Shown here one piece after another: positions 27,857 through 37,787 of a DNA stretch of 64,000 bases. Source of the DNA: Lepidodermella squamata (lineage: Eukaryota; Animalia; Gastrotricha); assembly GCA_047495785.1 (NCBI GenBank), contig JBLDXI010000020.1, forward strand, positions 1,240,001-1,304,000, written 5' to 3'. The position numbers and the translations under genes were made by a program. How positions within the stretch are numbered: the first letter of the stretch is position 1; each line of letters starts with the position of its first letter. The notes under the pieces are model-generated. The model saw nothing but the letters and a program-made list of their open reading frames with translations. It was not told the DNA's origin and did not search any database.

Positions 27857-28219
27857 ATGCTCCAAAATTATTTCTGGTTCATTGCATCTATAATGCTCTT
27901 GGTCTCCGTTGCCACCGATGCATATTCGTCAAATGATTATCAGCCAATCTCGATCAGTGCCAGGGGTAGCAAGGGACGCACTCCGGCCTGGTGGCGGGAA
28001 AAAAAGTCGTTCGATGAAAATCGAGGTGAAAATCAACCAAGCTCAAGCAATGCTCGGGGTAGCAAGGGACACACTCCGCCCTGGTGGCGGGAGAAAAAGT
28101 CATCCGATGAAAATCAAGGCGAATCGACGTTCTCACAACGTTTTCGCATGTCGAAACCAGCCGAAGCTTTCCGACGGCCGATTTCCTTTGGTCAATCAAG
28201 AGGCATGATATACGGATGA
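27857..28219 (+). CDS. Secreted prepropeptide 2 (120 aa); predicted PISFGQSRGMIY-amide; carries a 93-bp internal duplication
   Basis: Paralog of gene 1 with a signal peptide and RR-peptide-G-stop end. Confidence 0.85.
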   Translation: MLQNYFWFIASIMLLVSVATDAYSSNDYQPISISARGSKGRTPAWWREKKSFDENRGENQPSSSNARGSKGHTPPWWREKKSSDENQGESTFSQRFRMSKPAEAFRRPISFGQSRGMIYG

Positions 28220-28908
28220 TGACGCTAGGCCATCAAATATGACCATCCACTCTGTTTCATATAATGATCTTCAGCATAATCAATCTTGAAGTTGTTGTTA
28301 TCGCCTCAACTTTGAACTAAAAAAAGCCACTTGAAACTGAAGCCATTTTCGAACTTTTTTTCGAAAAATTTGACGTATACCTTTAATTTATACCTTTTCG
28401 TGAAATTGTGTATGATGTTGTATCGTGTGCCAGCCGATTATACGACATACGACCCCGAGAAAAAGTACCAAATTATATAATGAAACCAAATAAAAAAGGG
28501 ATTCTACGTAATAGGGATCACACACTTTTGCTTTTTCAGAAAAACCAAAAATTCAACTTTGAACCTTTTCCTGGAGTTCTTCTCAAATATAGGAAGTATT
28601 AGGAATCAAATATTTCATATGTTCGAATTATAATGGCTGAAGAACTATTTTTAATTTACATTTATTTTGGCTTGCGGCTAAAATGACAAATGAAAGATGA
28701 TAAAAGTTCGATAGAGATAACGCTGGCCCAAGGTTATCCTAATTATGACCACTTTGTAGTTGCGCTCTTTTATGAGCTTATCGATCATAAACATGGCTAC
28801 ACGTGTCAGTCGTTATTACAAATCAATTTGATGTTAGGAATAAACAAAAATTGCATTCGTATGATCTTGGACTCTAAGTGGACAGTCTTTATTTTATCGG
28901 CTATAGCA

Positions 28909-29187
28909 ATGCTCCAAAATTATTTCTGGCTCATTGCAGCTTTTATGCTCCTGATTTCTGCTGCCACTGATGCATATTCATTATCTGATTACCAACCAAG
29001 CTCAAACAACGTCCAGAGTAACAACAACAGGTACATTCCGCCTTGGTGGCGGACCAAAAAAGCCGCCGATGAAGAACACGGTGAATCGATGTCCTTACAA
29101 CGCATGCACTTCTTGAAGCCAGCCGAAGCCTTACGACGCAAAATTGCCTACGGTCAAACAAGAGGCATGCTTTACGGCAGACGCTAG
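28909..29187 (+). CDS. Secreted prepropeptide 3 (92 aa); predicted (K)IAYGQTRGMLY-amide
   Basis: Signal peptide MLQNYFWLIAAFMLLISAATDA; RRK...YGRR-stop. The true ATG is 28909 by alignment to genes 1 and 2. Confidence 0.88.
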   Translation: MLQNYFWLIAAFMLLISAATDAYSLSDYQPSSNNVQSNNNRYIPPWWRTKKAADEEHGESMSLQRMHFLKPAEALRRKIAYGQTRGMLYGRR

Positions 29188-30103
29188 GACATCAGACATA
29201 TTATTATCCGATGATTCACACGATCTCAAGTTGATGTTGTCGTCACGAGTTCGAGCTCAATAGCCACTTGAAACTGAAGCCAGTCACGACCAGTTCGAAA
29301 TATTTGACTCACCTGTAATTTGCATGTTATTTAAACGTGTGCCGGCCACATTATTATATAAACAGGAAGTATGAAATTGATTAGCAATCAACAAGCGTCA
29401 CCTTATCGAAATGTTATTTTCATCGTTATCGTGTCGAGTTTTTCGCAATAAATAACTCAATAATCTTGCCAACATTTACCGTTATTTTTCCTCAGGGATT
29501 TGGCTATTAGTTTTTTTATCCTGAGTTCTTAAAAAACAGGACGGCAGATGTTTTAGGGCAGTTCCTGATTGGTACTTTGAGAATTTTTCGAAAAAATGCT
29601 GGCTATAAATTGTTAAGAAATGTCTCATTCTTATAGGTGGGCATCGCAGACTATCACGCAAATGTGTTTTCGATGATTTTTCATTTAGGTGCTGCGTGAT
29701 TGCAAACAGCCCACGCGTTTTTGTAGTATTAATTCCCTTGGCATAGGCCTGGTCCCCACTTCACCAAATGGCTGATGCTGCGGAGTGACAGCCAACAATA
29801 ATAACAAAATTTGACCGAACGTCAGAATCAATTCTCTGGAAATTGAAGTGGCTAGCCCACATGCTTGTTTATATCCAATGCCCACAGTATATATACGCCA
29901 AGGCAAGGAGCTCGTCAATGTGAATTACGAACATGCCGTAATATCATGTCATTACATTGTCCAGTTTTTCGCCTCGTCGCCTCCAGCTTCCGGCCCGATT
30001 CGGACAATAATCATTTTTATCAATTTTCGTAGACAGAAAGCCGGCCTAAAATTGTTTCTTCAATTTTGATACATATAGGCTTTCAAAGTATAAAATTTTA
30101 CCC

Positions 30104-30334
30104 ATGGCTAACAAATCTGCTCTGAGTTGGAAAGTTGCTGTTTATTGGCTGGTTGTTATCGCTGTTTTCGCTCTATTGGCGCCTGGTATATCCGCTGGTG
30201 ATGAAGACGAAGACTCGAACTCGGAGGAAACTGGCCGGCATTACGTTTTCATCCCCATGTCAGCATACTCTCGCCGGCTCTTCAAGCGTGTCAATGGTCC
30301 CCAAGCGTCCGGAATTATGTTTGGCCGTCGTTAG
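30104..30334 (+). CDS. Secreted prepropeptide 4 (76 aa); predicted VNGPQASGIMF-amide
   Basis: Hydrophobic signal, acidic spacer, KR-VNGPQASGIMF-GRR-stop. Confidence 0.88.
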   Translation: MANKSALSWKVAVYWLVVIAVFALLAPGISAGDEDEDSNSEETGRHYVFIPMSAYSRRLFKRVNGPQASGIMFGRR

Positions 30335-30723
30335 TGATCTCGTCGAATCATGCCATAATAGATCTCAGAGTTTAAACGCCTTATTTGTGAACACATTTTT
30401 TGATGTTTCTTTTAATTTTAAAATTTAATGGCTAGCCTTAGCAATACTTATACCTGTCAAAATTGTTCGTTCTAACTAAGTTAGGGATACCATAGTATAT
30501 TTGCATATTGAAAAAATAAAACATCGGATCAATTTTTCTTTGCAATCGTTATGGTTTTATCAATGAACTGGTTAATGTGACGCTGTAATGGGAGAAGAGC
30601 GCGTGCCTCTCATTTTCAAGAATCAAGTTTTTTTCAATGCATTTTTCTGTTAAAATTCGAGCAAAAAGAAGCTTCGAGAATCTCAACTAAAATTTCATAT
30701 TCTCCTTATTAGGCAAATTATTA

Positions 30724-30927
30724 ATGAAAAGCTCCTGTTGGAAGTTGTGGACAATCAGCCTCTGGTTATTACTAATTTTGTTGCTGATAACGGTTTCTTA
30801 CGGCGATACTACAACCGAACAAATTATTGGGACGAATGAAGCGGAAAAGTTGACAAGCGAGACTCCTGATTCAAAGGCGAATCCCACCAAACGCGCACCT
30901 CTCTCCGGAATAATGTTTGGCCGCTGA
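30724..30927 (+). CDS. Secreted prepropeptide 5 (67 aa); predicted APLSGIMF-amide
   Basis: Signal peptide, KR-APLSGIMF-GR-stop. Confidence 0.88.
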   Translation: MKSSCWKLWTISLWLLLILLLITVSYGDTTTEQIIGTNEAEKLTSETPDSKANPTKRAPLSGIMFGR

Positions 30928-31488
30928 TCAATAGAATCATTTATATATAACTTATAAATAATATCAAAAGTCATCACCGAATATTTTTACTTAACAAAAG
31001 TTGTGCCCGAATAAAAGCCTTGCATTTATTGGTATAAATTGAGTTCGATTTCGAAGGTTCCAGAAAGCGGGCGAATTAATTTGGTACATCTGGACTGATT
31101 TTCAAGAGGCGGATAAACATGTCTCGCCGTGAATAAGTGGCTAATAATTGACATATTATTCGCCGACCCACGCGGATAAATCAGGCGTGAAGCGTAGCCA
31201 CCGGCACTGTGGGGGCACTTAACAAATCAATCAAAAAATGGCCGCAAGTGTCCATTTTTAGCCGCAAAAAACATCAGCGAGGTCAGTCATATTTATACGA
31301 ACACTTAAATTGCGTTCGCATCATTTTTCCGAATTCTTTTGTCAAGAGGAAGTGAATTATTACAGCCCCCACGCTTGCCAGAAGATCCCAGAAAAATTTC
31401 TTCAATAGCTCCAAATAATGTTTTGTTAATCGCGAAATTAATTGTTTCGAATAGGAGCCTTTAGAACATTTTCAATTTCAAACCAGAA

Positions 31489-31650
31489 ATGTCTGCCTTC
31501 CAATACTTTCTTCCTCTCTTCTTGTTGGTCTGCCTGGCAGTGATCAACATGGCAATTGCCGATGAAGAGTTGGACTTCGACGGCGAAGACAAATATGACG
31601 TCTATCCTATCAAGTCATTCGCCAAGCGAGTTCGCATCTTCCGAGGATGA
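31489..31650 (+). CDS. Secreted prepropeptide 6 (53 aa, absent from the ORF track); predicted VRIFR-amide
   Basis: Manual translation: MSAFQYFLPLFLLVCLAVINMAIA-DEELDFDGEDKYDVYPIKSFA-KR-VRIFR-G-stop. AATAAA at ~31749. Confidence 0.8.
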   Translation: MSAFQYFLPLFLLVCLAVINMAIADEELDFDGEDKYDVYPIKSFAKRVRIFRG

Positions 31651-32019
31651 TACTCTCAATGTTCATCACAGTATTCAACTCAATTCATTTCAGTCAGGAA
31701 CCTATTTTTTTGCATGCATTTACCACCTAAAATATTCCTAATATCGCAAATAAAATTACAATTGTTTGTGTTCAAGTTTGGTTATATGTAAACATCGATG
31801 GAGAGACGCTGAGTAGTACGAGACCAATCAATGATAAAAAGATAACCAACGATGTGCCGGCTATAGCTGAGGCCAACTGAGACACCCTCTGGTCACAAAC
31901 TCATGTTGTTATTCTGCGGTCCACTGATGAAAAATTTCGCGTAGGCAAGAGCCGGTTACTTTTTAAGGGCGGCAAAAATAAAGCAACCGGCAAGAACTCA
32001 AGTTCATACTCGCTTAAAA

Positions 32020-32286
32020 ATGGTTTCATTCAAAACAACGCGCTACGTAATACCGACGATATTGGTCATAGCCTTCATTGCGAACTTTCTGGTGGAACCG
32101 ATTCACAGTCAAGGTGTCGGCCACCGCGAGGATTGGTCGATATTGCCATTGCTGAAATTTTACGCAAATTCAAAACGCAGCAATCCGTCTGATTCCGCGT
32201 CGAAAGGCGGCTATCTGTACCTCAGTAATGGCAATCGAAACAGGCATTTTTATGGCCAAGCTGGTGGCATTCTGTACGGACGTTAG
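32020..32286 (+). CDS. Secreted prepropeptide 7 (88 aa); predicted HFYGQAGGILY-amide
   Basis: Signal peptide, KR site, RNR-HFYGQAGGILY-GR-stop. Confidence 0.85.
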   Translation: MVSFKTTRYVIPTILVIAFIANFLVEPIHSQGVGHREDWSILPLLKFYANSKRSNPSDSASKGGYLYLSNGNRNRHFYGQAGGILYGR

Positions 32287-32667
32287 ATAACATTTCATAA
32301 TATTATGAATTTTTAGCTGTTTTGAAATAAAATTTGTTGTTTTTTTGAGCAATTTTTCGCACGTAAAAGTGTTCGAAATCGTGCCAGGATTTTTTGCTTC
32401 GATCAATAAATGATTTCATTTGACCACTTCATGTGTCAATGGAGAGACGTCAACATCATCTGGAGGCTAAATAACTGACAAGTGCACATGACCAATCCAA
32501 TGGCCATCAGCCTGGATCTTCGATTTTCTGTAGCCAAAGACGTAACAATTTTTTGTATCGCGAGCCAGTCTATTTTTGTACCATTATTCAAACCAATTGA
32601 CAAGTTAATTATTATACACAAAACTTTTCTGTTCTCAAGACGGTTTGATCATTGTTACTCAAGAAAA

Positions 32668-32967
32668 ATGTATCTCATACTCTTGATACCTATTTTATCG
32701 GCGATTTTGGTACTACCAGCATCTCGAGGCGATCAAATCTTGGATAATTTTGTCAACGAAAACGAAGACGAGATTTTTCTAGCTCCGCTAAGCTATTTCA
32801 GCCAGCGCGAGCCGTCGGATTGGCCCACCCACGCGGTTGTAGTCGCTAAAAAATCTGCGAATTTTGCCGACAATGAAGAAGCCGAATTTGAGCTGATGCG
32901 GCGAATGATAGCGCATGGCAGTCAAACACGGAGCCTACCGTTTTATGGCCGCCGGCGCAGGCGATAA
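32668..32967 (+). CDS. Secreted prepropeptide 8 (99 aa); predicted MIAHGSQTRSLPFY-amide
   Basis: Signal peptide MYLILLIPILSAILVLPASRG, acidic spacer, KK, RR-...FY-GRRRRR-stop. Confidence 0.82.
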   Translation: MYLILLIPILSAILVLPASRGDQILDNFVNENEDEIFLAPLSYFSQREPSDWPTHAVVVAKKSANFADNEEAEFELMRRMIAHGSQTRSLPFYGRRRRR

Positions 32968-33284
32968 ACAGTTCAGAAAATTATATCACCTAAATCTCTC
33001 TGTTGTCTTGTACCAATATCGAGTAAGCAGCCTATTTCGGTAACCGATAAATAAATCAAAATTTTAGCGTTGTTAAACTGAAGTGTTGGTGTTGTTGTTT
33101 GAAAAAAGGAAAATGGCACAGAATCGCTACTGTGAACCAGGTCCAGGTTGATTGATTCCCATTTCTGGTAGGTGAGAAACTTCTCTTCTCGACGGACAAT
33201 TTTACGATCCGGTTTATACAATAGTTTTTCCTACCTCGGATATTCTGCCAACCATCAGCAGTTGTTTAGCACTATAGAAGTCCG

Positions 33285-33488
33285 ATGCATGACGCTTTTG
33301 CTCTGATGAGCAAGCTTTACGATTCTGACGAGCAACAGAAAAGCGCAGAAATAAAAAAAAAGTCCGCGAAATTCACACGCCCGGCTTGGGAAACCGACTT
33401 GGAGCGGGAACTTCAAAGACAAAAGGAAGTTCGTGGACACGTTATATTATATCCTGCTTTTGATAATAGCGAGTTGCCTCCACCGTAG
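33285..33488 (+). CDS. Possible small charged protein (67 aa), function unknown
   Basis: ATG just after an AG acceptor-like site, coding-like composition and AATAAA just downstream. No recognisable domain. Confidence 0.35.
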   Translation: MHDAFALMSKLYDSDEQQKSAEIKKKSAKFTRPAWETDLERELQRQKEVRGHVILYPAFDNSELPPP

Positions 33489-33631
33489 CTGGCACATTCA
33501 AAAAAATAAAGCATTATGTTAATTGGCTCATGTAAGTAATTGTTTCGAGTATTCTCACGTTAATTACTGCCGAAAATTAATGGCTGACAAGTTGTACACT
33601 CATTCATGCGTTTAATTATAATTAATGAAAA

Positions 33632-33973
33632 ATGGGGAATTTCCCTACAACTGACGACCCTACCAATGTTTCGGCTTATATTAATATAATTTTCGGCATT
33701 TTATCAATTTTCGGGATAGTTGCTGTCATTGTAGCAATGGCTATTCATTTTTCCCCCGACAGATTAGTCACTCAGCCTATGGAGACAACAACAACGGAGG
33801 ATCCAATCAAAACCCTACCGACTACGACAGTCTTCAGCTGGCCACCACCGGAGAAACCTGACTCAGACACTCCTCCACCCTATTTCCTTGCCGTCACATC
33901 ACCGGCCCCGCGACAGGATGTCAACTATATGCCGCGGAACCTAGGACGATGGCCGTCCGTGTTCCCATCTTGA
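33632..33973 (+). CDS. Small single-pass membrane protein A with a Thr/Pro-rich tail
   Basis: MGNFPTTDDPTNVSAYI + TM + IHFSP; clear paralog of 34261-34674. Confidence 0.75.
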   Translation: MGNFPTTDDPTNVSAYINIIFGILSIFGIVAVIVAMAIHFSPDRLVTQPMETTTTEDPIKTLPTTTVFSWPPPEKPDSDTPPPYFLAVTSPAPRQDVNYMPRNLGRWPSVFPS

Positions 33974-34260
33974 CCACAGCGCTGCCTGAAACGCTGAATT
34001 TGCATCAAAATTAATTCCGACTGTTTCAACTATTTTAACGAAATTAATTCTTTTGTTTGCAATAAAGTTAATAGGATTAATTTTTGCTTTGTTTTTTATA
34101 CAAAAAAGTTTTGAAATCCCTTCGCGTATGACCCGCTTTTTACATTGTGATTGTCAAGTGTTTAGACCATTGTCCCGGATTGAGATGAATACGACGGTAT
34201 GAAAAATTTCAAGGCTAGACATTTGCCATCATTTTGTCTCATGAAAATTGAACAGCTGCG

Positions 34261-34674
34261 ATGGGAGCTTTTCCGACATCGAATGACGCGACAAACATTG
34301 CGGCATATATCGCCATCGTTATCGGCATTTTATGTATCATCGGCATCATTGTAGTTTGTGTAGCGGTCGGAATTCACACATCACCCGAGTATCTCAATAG
34401 TACATCTACAACAGAAGGGACAACCACGGCGGCGCCAACAACTCACGCACCAGCGCCAGTAGCAGCTACTACGACGGCAGGTCGACGTGCGAAAAAAGTC
34501 GAAAAAATTCGCCTTCCCAGCTTTCTATTCAAAATTGGGGACGACGAATGGGCTGCAATCGGAGTTTCAGAAGACAGTATGCCGGGAGAAGAATTTTTCG
34601 AGTCTTCAAATTCTACTGCAAACGGAACCGTCGTAGTCCTGGACGATGACAGCAGTTATGAATACTACGACTAG
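34261..34674 (+). CDS. Small single-pass membrane protein B with a Thr-rich stalk
   Basis: MGAFPTSNDATNIAAYI + TM + IHTSP; paralog of 33632-33973. Confidence 0.75.
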   Translation: MGAFPTSNDATNIAAYIAIVIGILCIIGIIVVCVAVGIHTSPEYLNSTSTTEGTTTAAPTTHAPAPVAATTTAGRRAKKVEKIRLPSFLFKIGDDEWAAIGVSEDSMPGEEFFESSNSTANGTVVVLDDDSSYEYYD

Positions 34675-34700
34675 CTTTTGAATATATAGGTATTATGAAT

Positions 34701-35005
34701 CAGAATATTATCTTTTACCGGAACCAAATTTACGGGGTGCGGAACCTAATTTGCATGTCGCGGAACCAAACTCAAAATATGTAAAGAGTCACATTTCGAA
34801 TAATTTTTGGAATTTGAGGCAAAGCATGATTTCAGAATTTTACGCTGAATTCAATGACTAATTATTCAGAATTATAATATTGGTCAGCCATGGTACCCTT
34901 GTAAGTTCCGAAAATTGGTTTTAGCCCCATTAAAAATCCATTTGGTCCGTTAAATAATAGTTGGTTCCGCTCACCGTAAACTTGGTTCCAGTAAAAGGAG
35001 GACTC
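34701..35005. mobile_element. MITE-like element with ~36-bp imperfect TIRs (GGAACC sub-repeats)
   Basis: cttttaccggaaccaaatttacggggtgcggaacc (34712) against ggttccgctcaccgtaaacttggttccagtaaaag (to 34997). 9-bp direct repeat attatgaat at 34692-34700 and 35006-35014. Confidence 0.7.
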
Positions 35006-35096
35006 ATTATGAATAAAAGTCTGATTTAATAATTTAGTTGGTTGGTTTTCCAATTTAATAGGCTAATCAGTTGAATCGTTATACTGTGCCTCCTTT

Positions 35097-35289
35097 GGCA
35101 GACATAACAGCAAACAGCAAACAGACATAACGTCATAACAGCAAATACCCAAAACAGCAAACGCGACAAATCAGCAAATTTTTCAACTTGCGACTTAACA
35201 GCAGAAATACGATGCATCTTTTACATAATAAGTTTTCGCTGTTTTGTCGCATTCGATGTTCTGCGAAGTTGCTGTTTTGTCGCCGTACC
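35097..35289. mobile_element. MITE-like element with AACAGCA sub-repeats
   Basis: Left ggcagacataacagcaa against right ttgctgttttgtcgcc. 8-bp direct repeat cctccttt at 35089-35096 and 35290-35297. Confidence 0.55.
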
Positions 35290-36054
35290 CCTCCTTTTTG
35301 TTACCTGGACCGTTTTCTATACAAGCGTATTTCCGCCTCTCAGCACCATTGGCTCCTTAAAAGTCTCAAAAAAACGCAGAAAATCACTCAATTATTTCTC
35401 CATTCAATCTCAAAAGTCGTTTGGTTCTATTTTTTTCTCTTTTTTATTTACTAAGAAATGACAGCTTAATGCACGAATTAATATGGAAACGCCAAATATT
35501 TTGCAACGCAAATAATGTTCCTGATTGTTCACTCACTTTTCAAGCGAAATACCGGACTCAGTGTTAACCACGTTTCAATCATAAGGGTAAAAACCTTGCA
35601 GCTCAATTACGATTACTAAGAGGCAAGAAAATATATTTCAATCTTTCTTCGCCGATATTTCGAGGACATACATATGTTGTGTCGAGAGGAAATATGTATT
35701 AAGGTCAGACCTCAATGCTTTATCGCAATAAAATCATTTGCGTTAAGCTACTTGAATATGGCGTCATTTTTTGAAAAATAGATCTCGTGGATATTATGCT
35801 AGTTAAACACAAAAAATATTGTTTGATTAAGGCTTCCATCTAGTAGCAGACCATTTTCAGCAGGCAGTTGGTGCGACAAGTGATGACTGGTGTAGCGATT
35901 ATACGGATAATGATCTCAAGGTGCATGGGCACGCATACAAAATGAATATATAACGAAAGAAAACAATCAACGGTGTTTATACGAGGGCGGATCAAAAAAA
36001 AACAATCTTAGTCCTTGGGTTCGCTGATGACAAAGGGCCATCCCTTCAGCCATT

Positions 36055-37787
36055 CTAATGCTCGTTCAGGCAGGTCGTGCGAACGATCATCTCCGTGACC
36101 GAGTACGGGTCGCAGTTGCTGGCCGGGCGACGGTCTTCGAGGTAGCCATAGCCGTCATGGAAGGTTTGGCGAGGAACGCGAACCGAGCTGCCGCGGTTGG
36201 CGACGCCCCACGAGAATTTGCCGATGTGAGCCGTTTCGTGGTGGCCGGTCAGACGACGCTTGTTGTCCTCGCCGCCCTTCGCGTCGTACTTGACGATGTG
36301 CTCCATGTGACGCTTCTCCAACTTGGCAATGGCTTCTTCGATTGCCCTGAAAAAAGATGCAAAAAATTAAAAAAAAAATACGAAAAATATGAACTTAAAA
36401 ATTCTTTTGGTGTAACAGTAAACCCGAATTTCAAAAACTCGACCAAAAGTCACCAAAATCGAATATTATCGGGAAATCAAGGAAAAACCGGGTGCCTGAT
36501 GGAATTTCTGAGAGATTCTGATCATTGCTCATTTCGAAAAGTAATAAGGATCCTATGCCTACTTTACCTACATACTTGTGAGAAAATAGCATAGAAAGTT
36601 GAAATAAAAAATTCCATCTTAAAAAATTGCACAGAGCCATAGAAAAATTCGAAACTGGGAATTAAAATCGAATTCTTGTTCCTTTAAAACTCAAAAATGA
36701 AACTCTTCAACTAGAAAATTCGATTGATGTAACGAGTTAAGAAAATATATGAATTTTTCTTCCAAAGTTTAGAAATTCTCCATCAAAATAGCTCAAAAAT
36801 GACGAAAGCTCTCCTGCAATTGCTCCCGATTTTTTAAAAGCTCGAACATCCCAGAATCAATGAATTTCAACTCAAGCATTAAATAAGACAAATTTAAAGG
36901 AATTAAGGAAAATTACTTGTAGCCAATGCCAGGGGTGCGCATGGCGACCGTGGAATAGTTGCAGTGAGCACCAGCGCCGTTCCAGTCACCGGGGATCGGC
37001 TTGCAATCGTAGGTGATGACGACGCCGAAGTCTTCAGCGATGCGGTCGAGCAGGTAGCGGGCAACCCACAGCTGGTCGCCCATTTCAATGCCCTCGCACG
37101 GGCCGACCTGGAACTCCCATTGAGCGGGCATCACCTCCGAGTTGGTGCCGGCGATCTTGATGTTGGCGAAGAGGCACGCCTTGAAGTGCGCCTCCATGAT
37201 GTCGCGGCCGAAGGTCTTGCCGGCGCCAACCGCGCAGTAGTAGGGTCCCTGCGGGCCTGGGTAGCCGTTCTTCGGCCAGCCGAGGGGATGCTTGTCCACG
37301 TCGAGCATCGTGTACTCCTGCTCGATACCGAACCACGGCACTTGATCCTTGGCAGCATCCATCGCCTCCTTGCACGATTTGCGATGGTTAGTGCCTAGGA
37401 AAATCGACAAAAAAATTCAAAATGAATCACGAAAGCAAATTTTTCCAACTTACTGACTGGCTTTCCTTCGAAGTCGTAGACATCACACAGAACGATCTTG
37501 TTATTGCCGCGGAGGAATGGATCGGGGTACATAGCTACCGGGTACATATAGGTGTCGCTGTTGTGACCCGACGCCTGGCCAGTCGAGGAGCCGTCGAAAT
37601 TCCACACCGGCAGTTCGGAGACCGCCTTGGGCTCGGCATCGAGGGCACGCGACTTGCCGCGAACCGCCTCGCCAGTGCCGTCGATCCAGATGTAGGTGGC
37701 AATGGACTTGCCCCGCTGGTCGAGCTCCATGTAGTGGTTGTAGACCGCCTTGTTCAGGGTCTGATGCGGACCAAGCATGGCTGACAT
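36055..37787 (-). CDS. GLUL: Glutamine synthetase (GSII); exons 37454-37787, 36917-37394, 36055-36346
   Basis: 'YIWIDGTGE', '[11 protein letters not shown]', 'PWFGIEQEY', '[17 protein letters not shown]', '[18 protein letters not shown]', 'RLTGHHETA', '[14 protein letters not shown]'. Confidence 0.98.

Larger units (their letters stand above)
26470..29400 (+). repeat. Tandem triplication of a ~1-kb unit (upstream region, peptide gene and 3' flank); units start at ~26470, ~27470 and ~28650
   Basis: Blocks repeated three times: 'taatt(t/c)acatt...cggc(g/t)aaaatg', 'agagataac', 'attatgac...gaagttacgctc' (degenerate in unit 3), 'agccactt(g/a)aa', and 'gaaattgattag(g/c)aatcaa'-like ends. Confidence 0.9.

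Noticed and set aside
27095-28228. TGA reassigned to Arg or selenocysteine, given YG-TGA-TGA where paralogs have YG-RR
   Set aside because: TGA is the normal stop of conserved genes here (iGluR, GNAT, UMAD1, DPAGT1, liprin), and no in-frame TGA was seen within their exons.
26470-29400. CRISPR array or prokaryotic system
   Set aside because: The repeats are ~1-kb gene duplications, and the whole window is intron-containing animal DNA.
26732-32667. Longer N-termini given by the ORF track (starts 26732, 28690, 32482)
   Set aside because: Paralog alignment and signal peptide position support the downstream ATGs (26834, 28909, 32668).
35980-36002. TACGAGGGCGGATCAAAAA, resembling a mariner TIR start
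   Set aside because: No partner inverted repeat or transposase seen; it lies in the GS 3'UTR.
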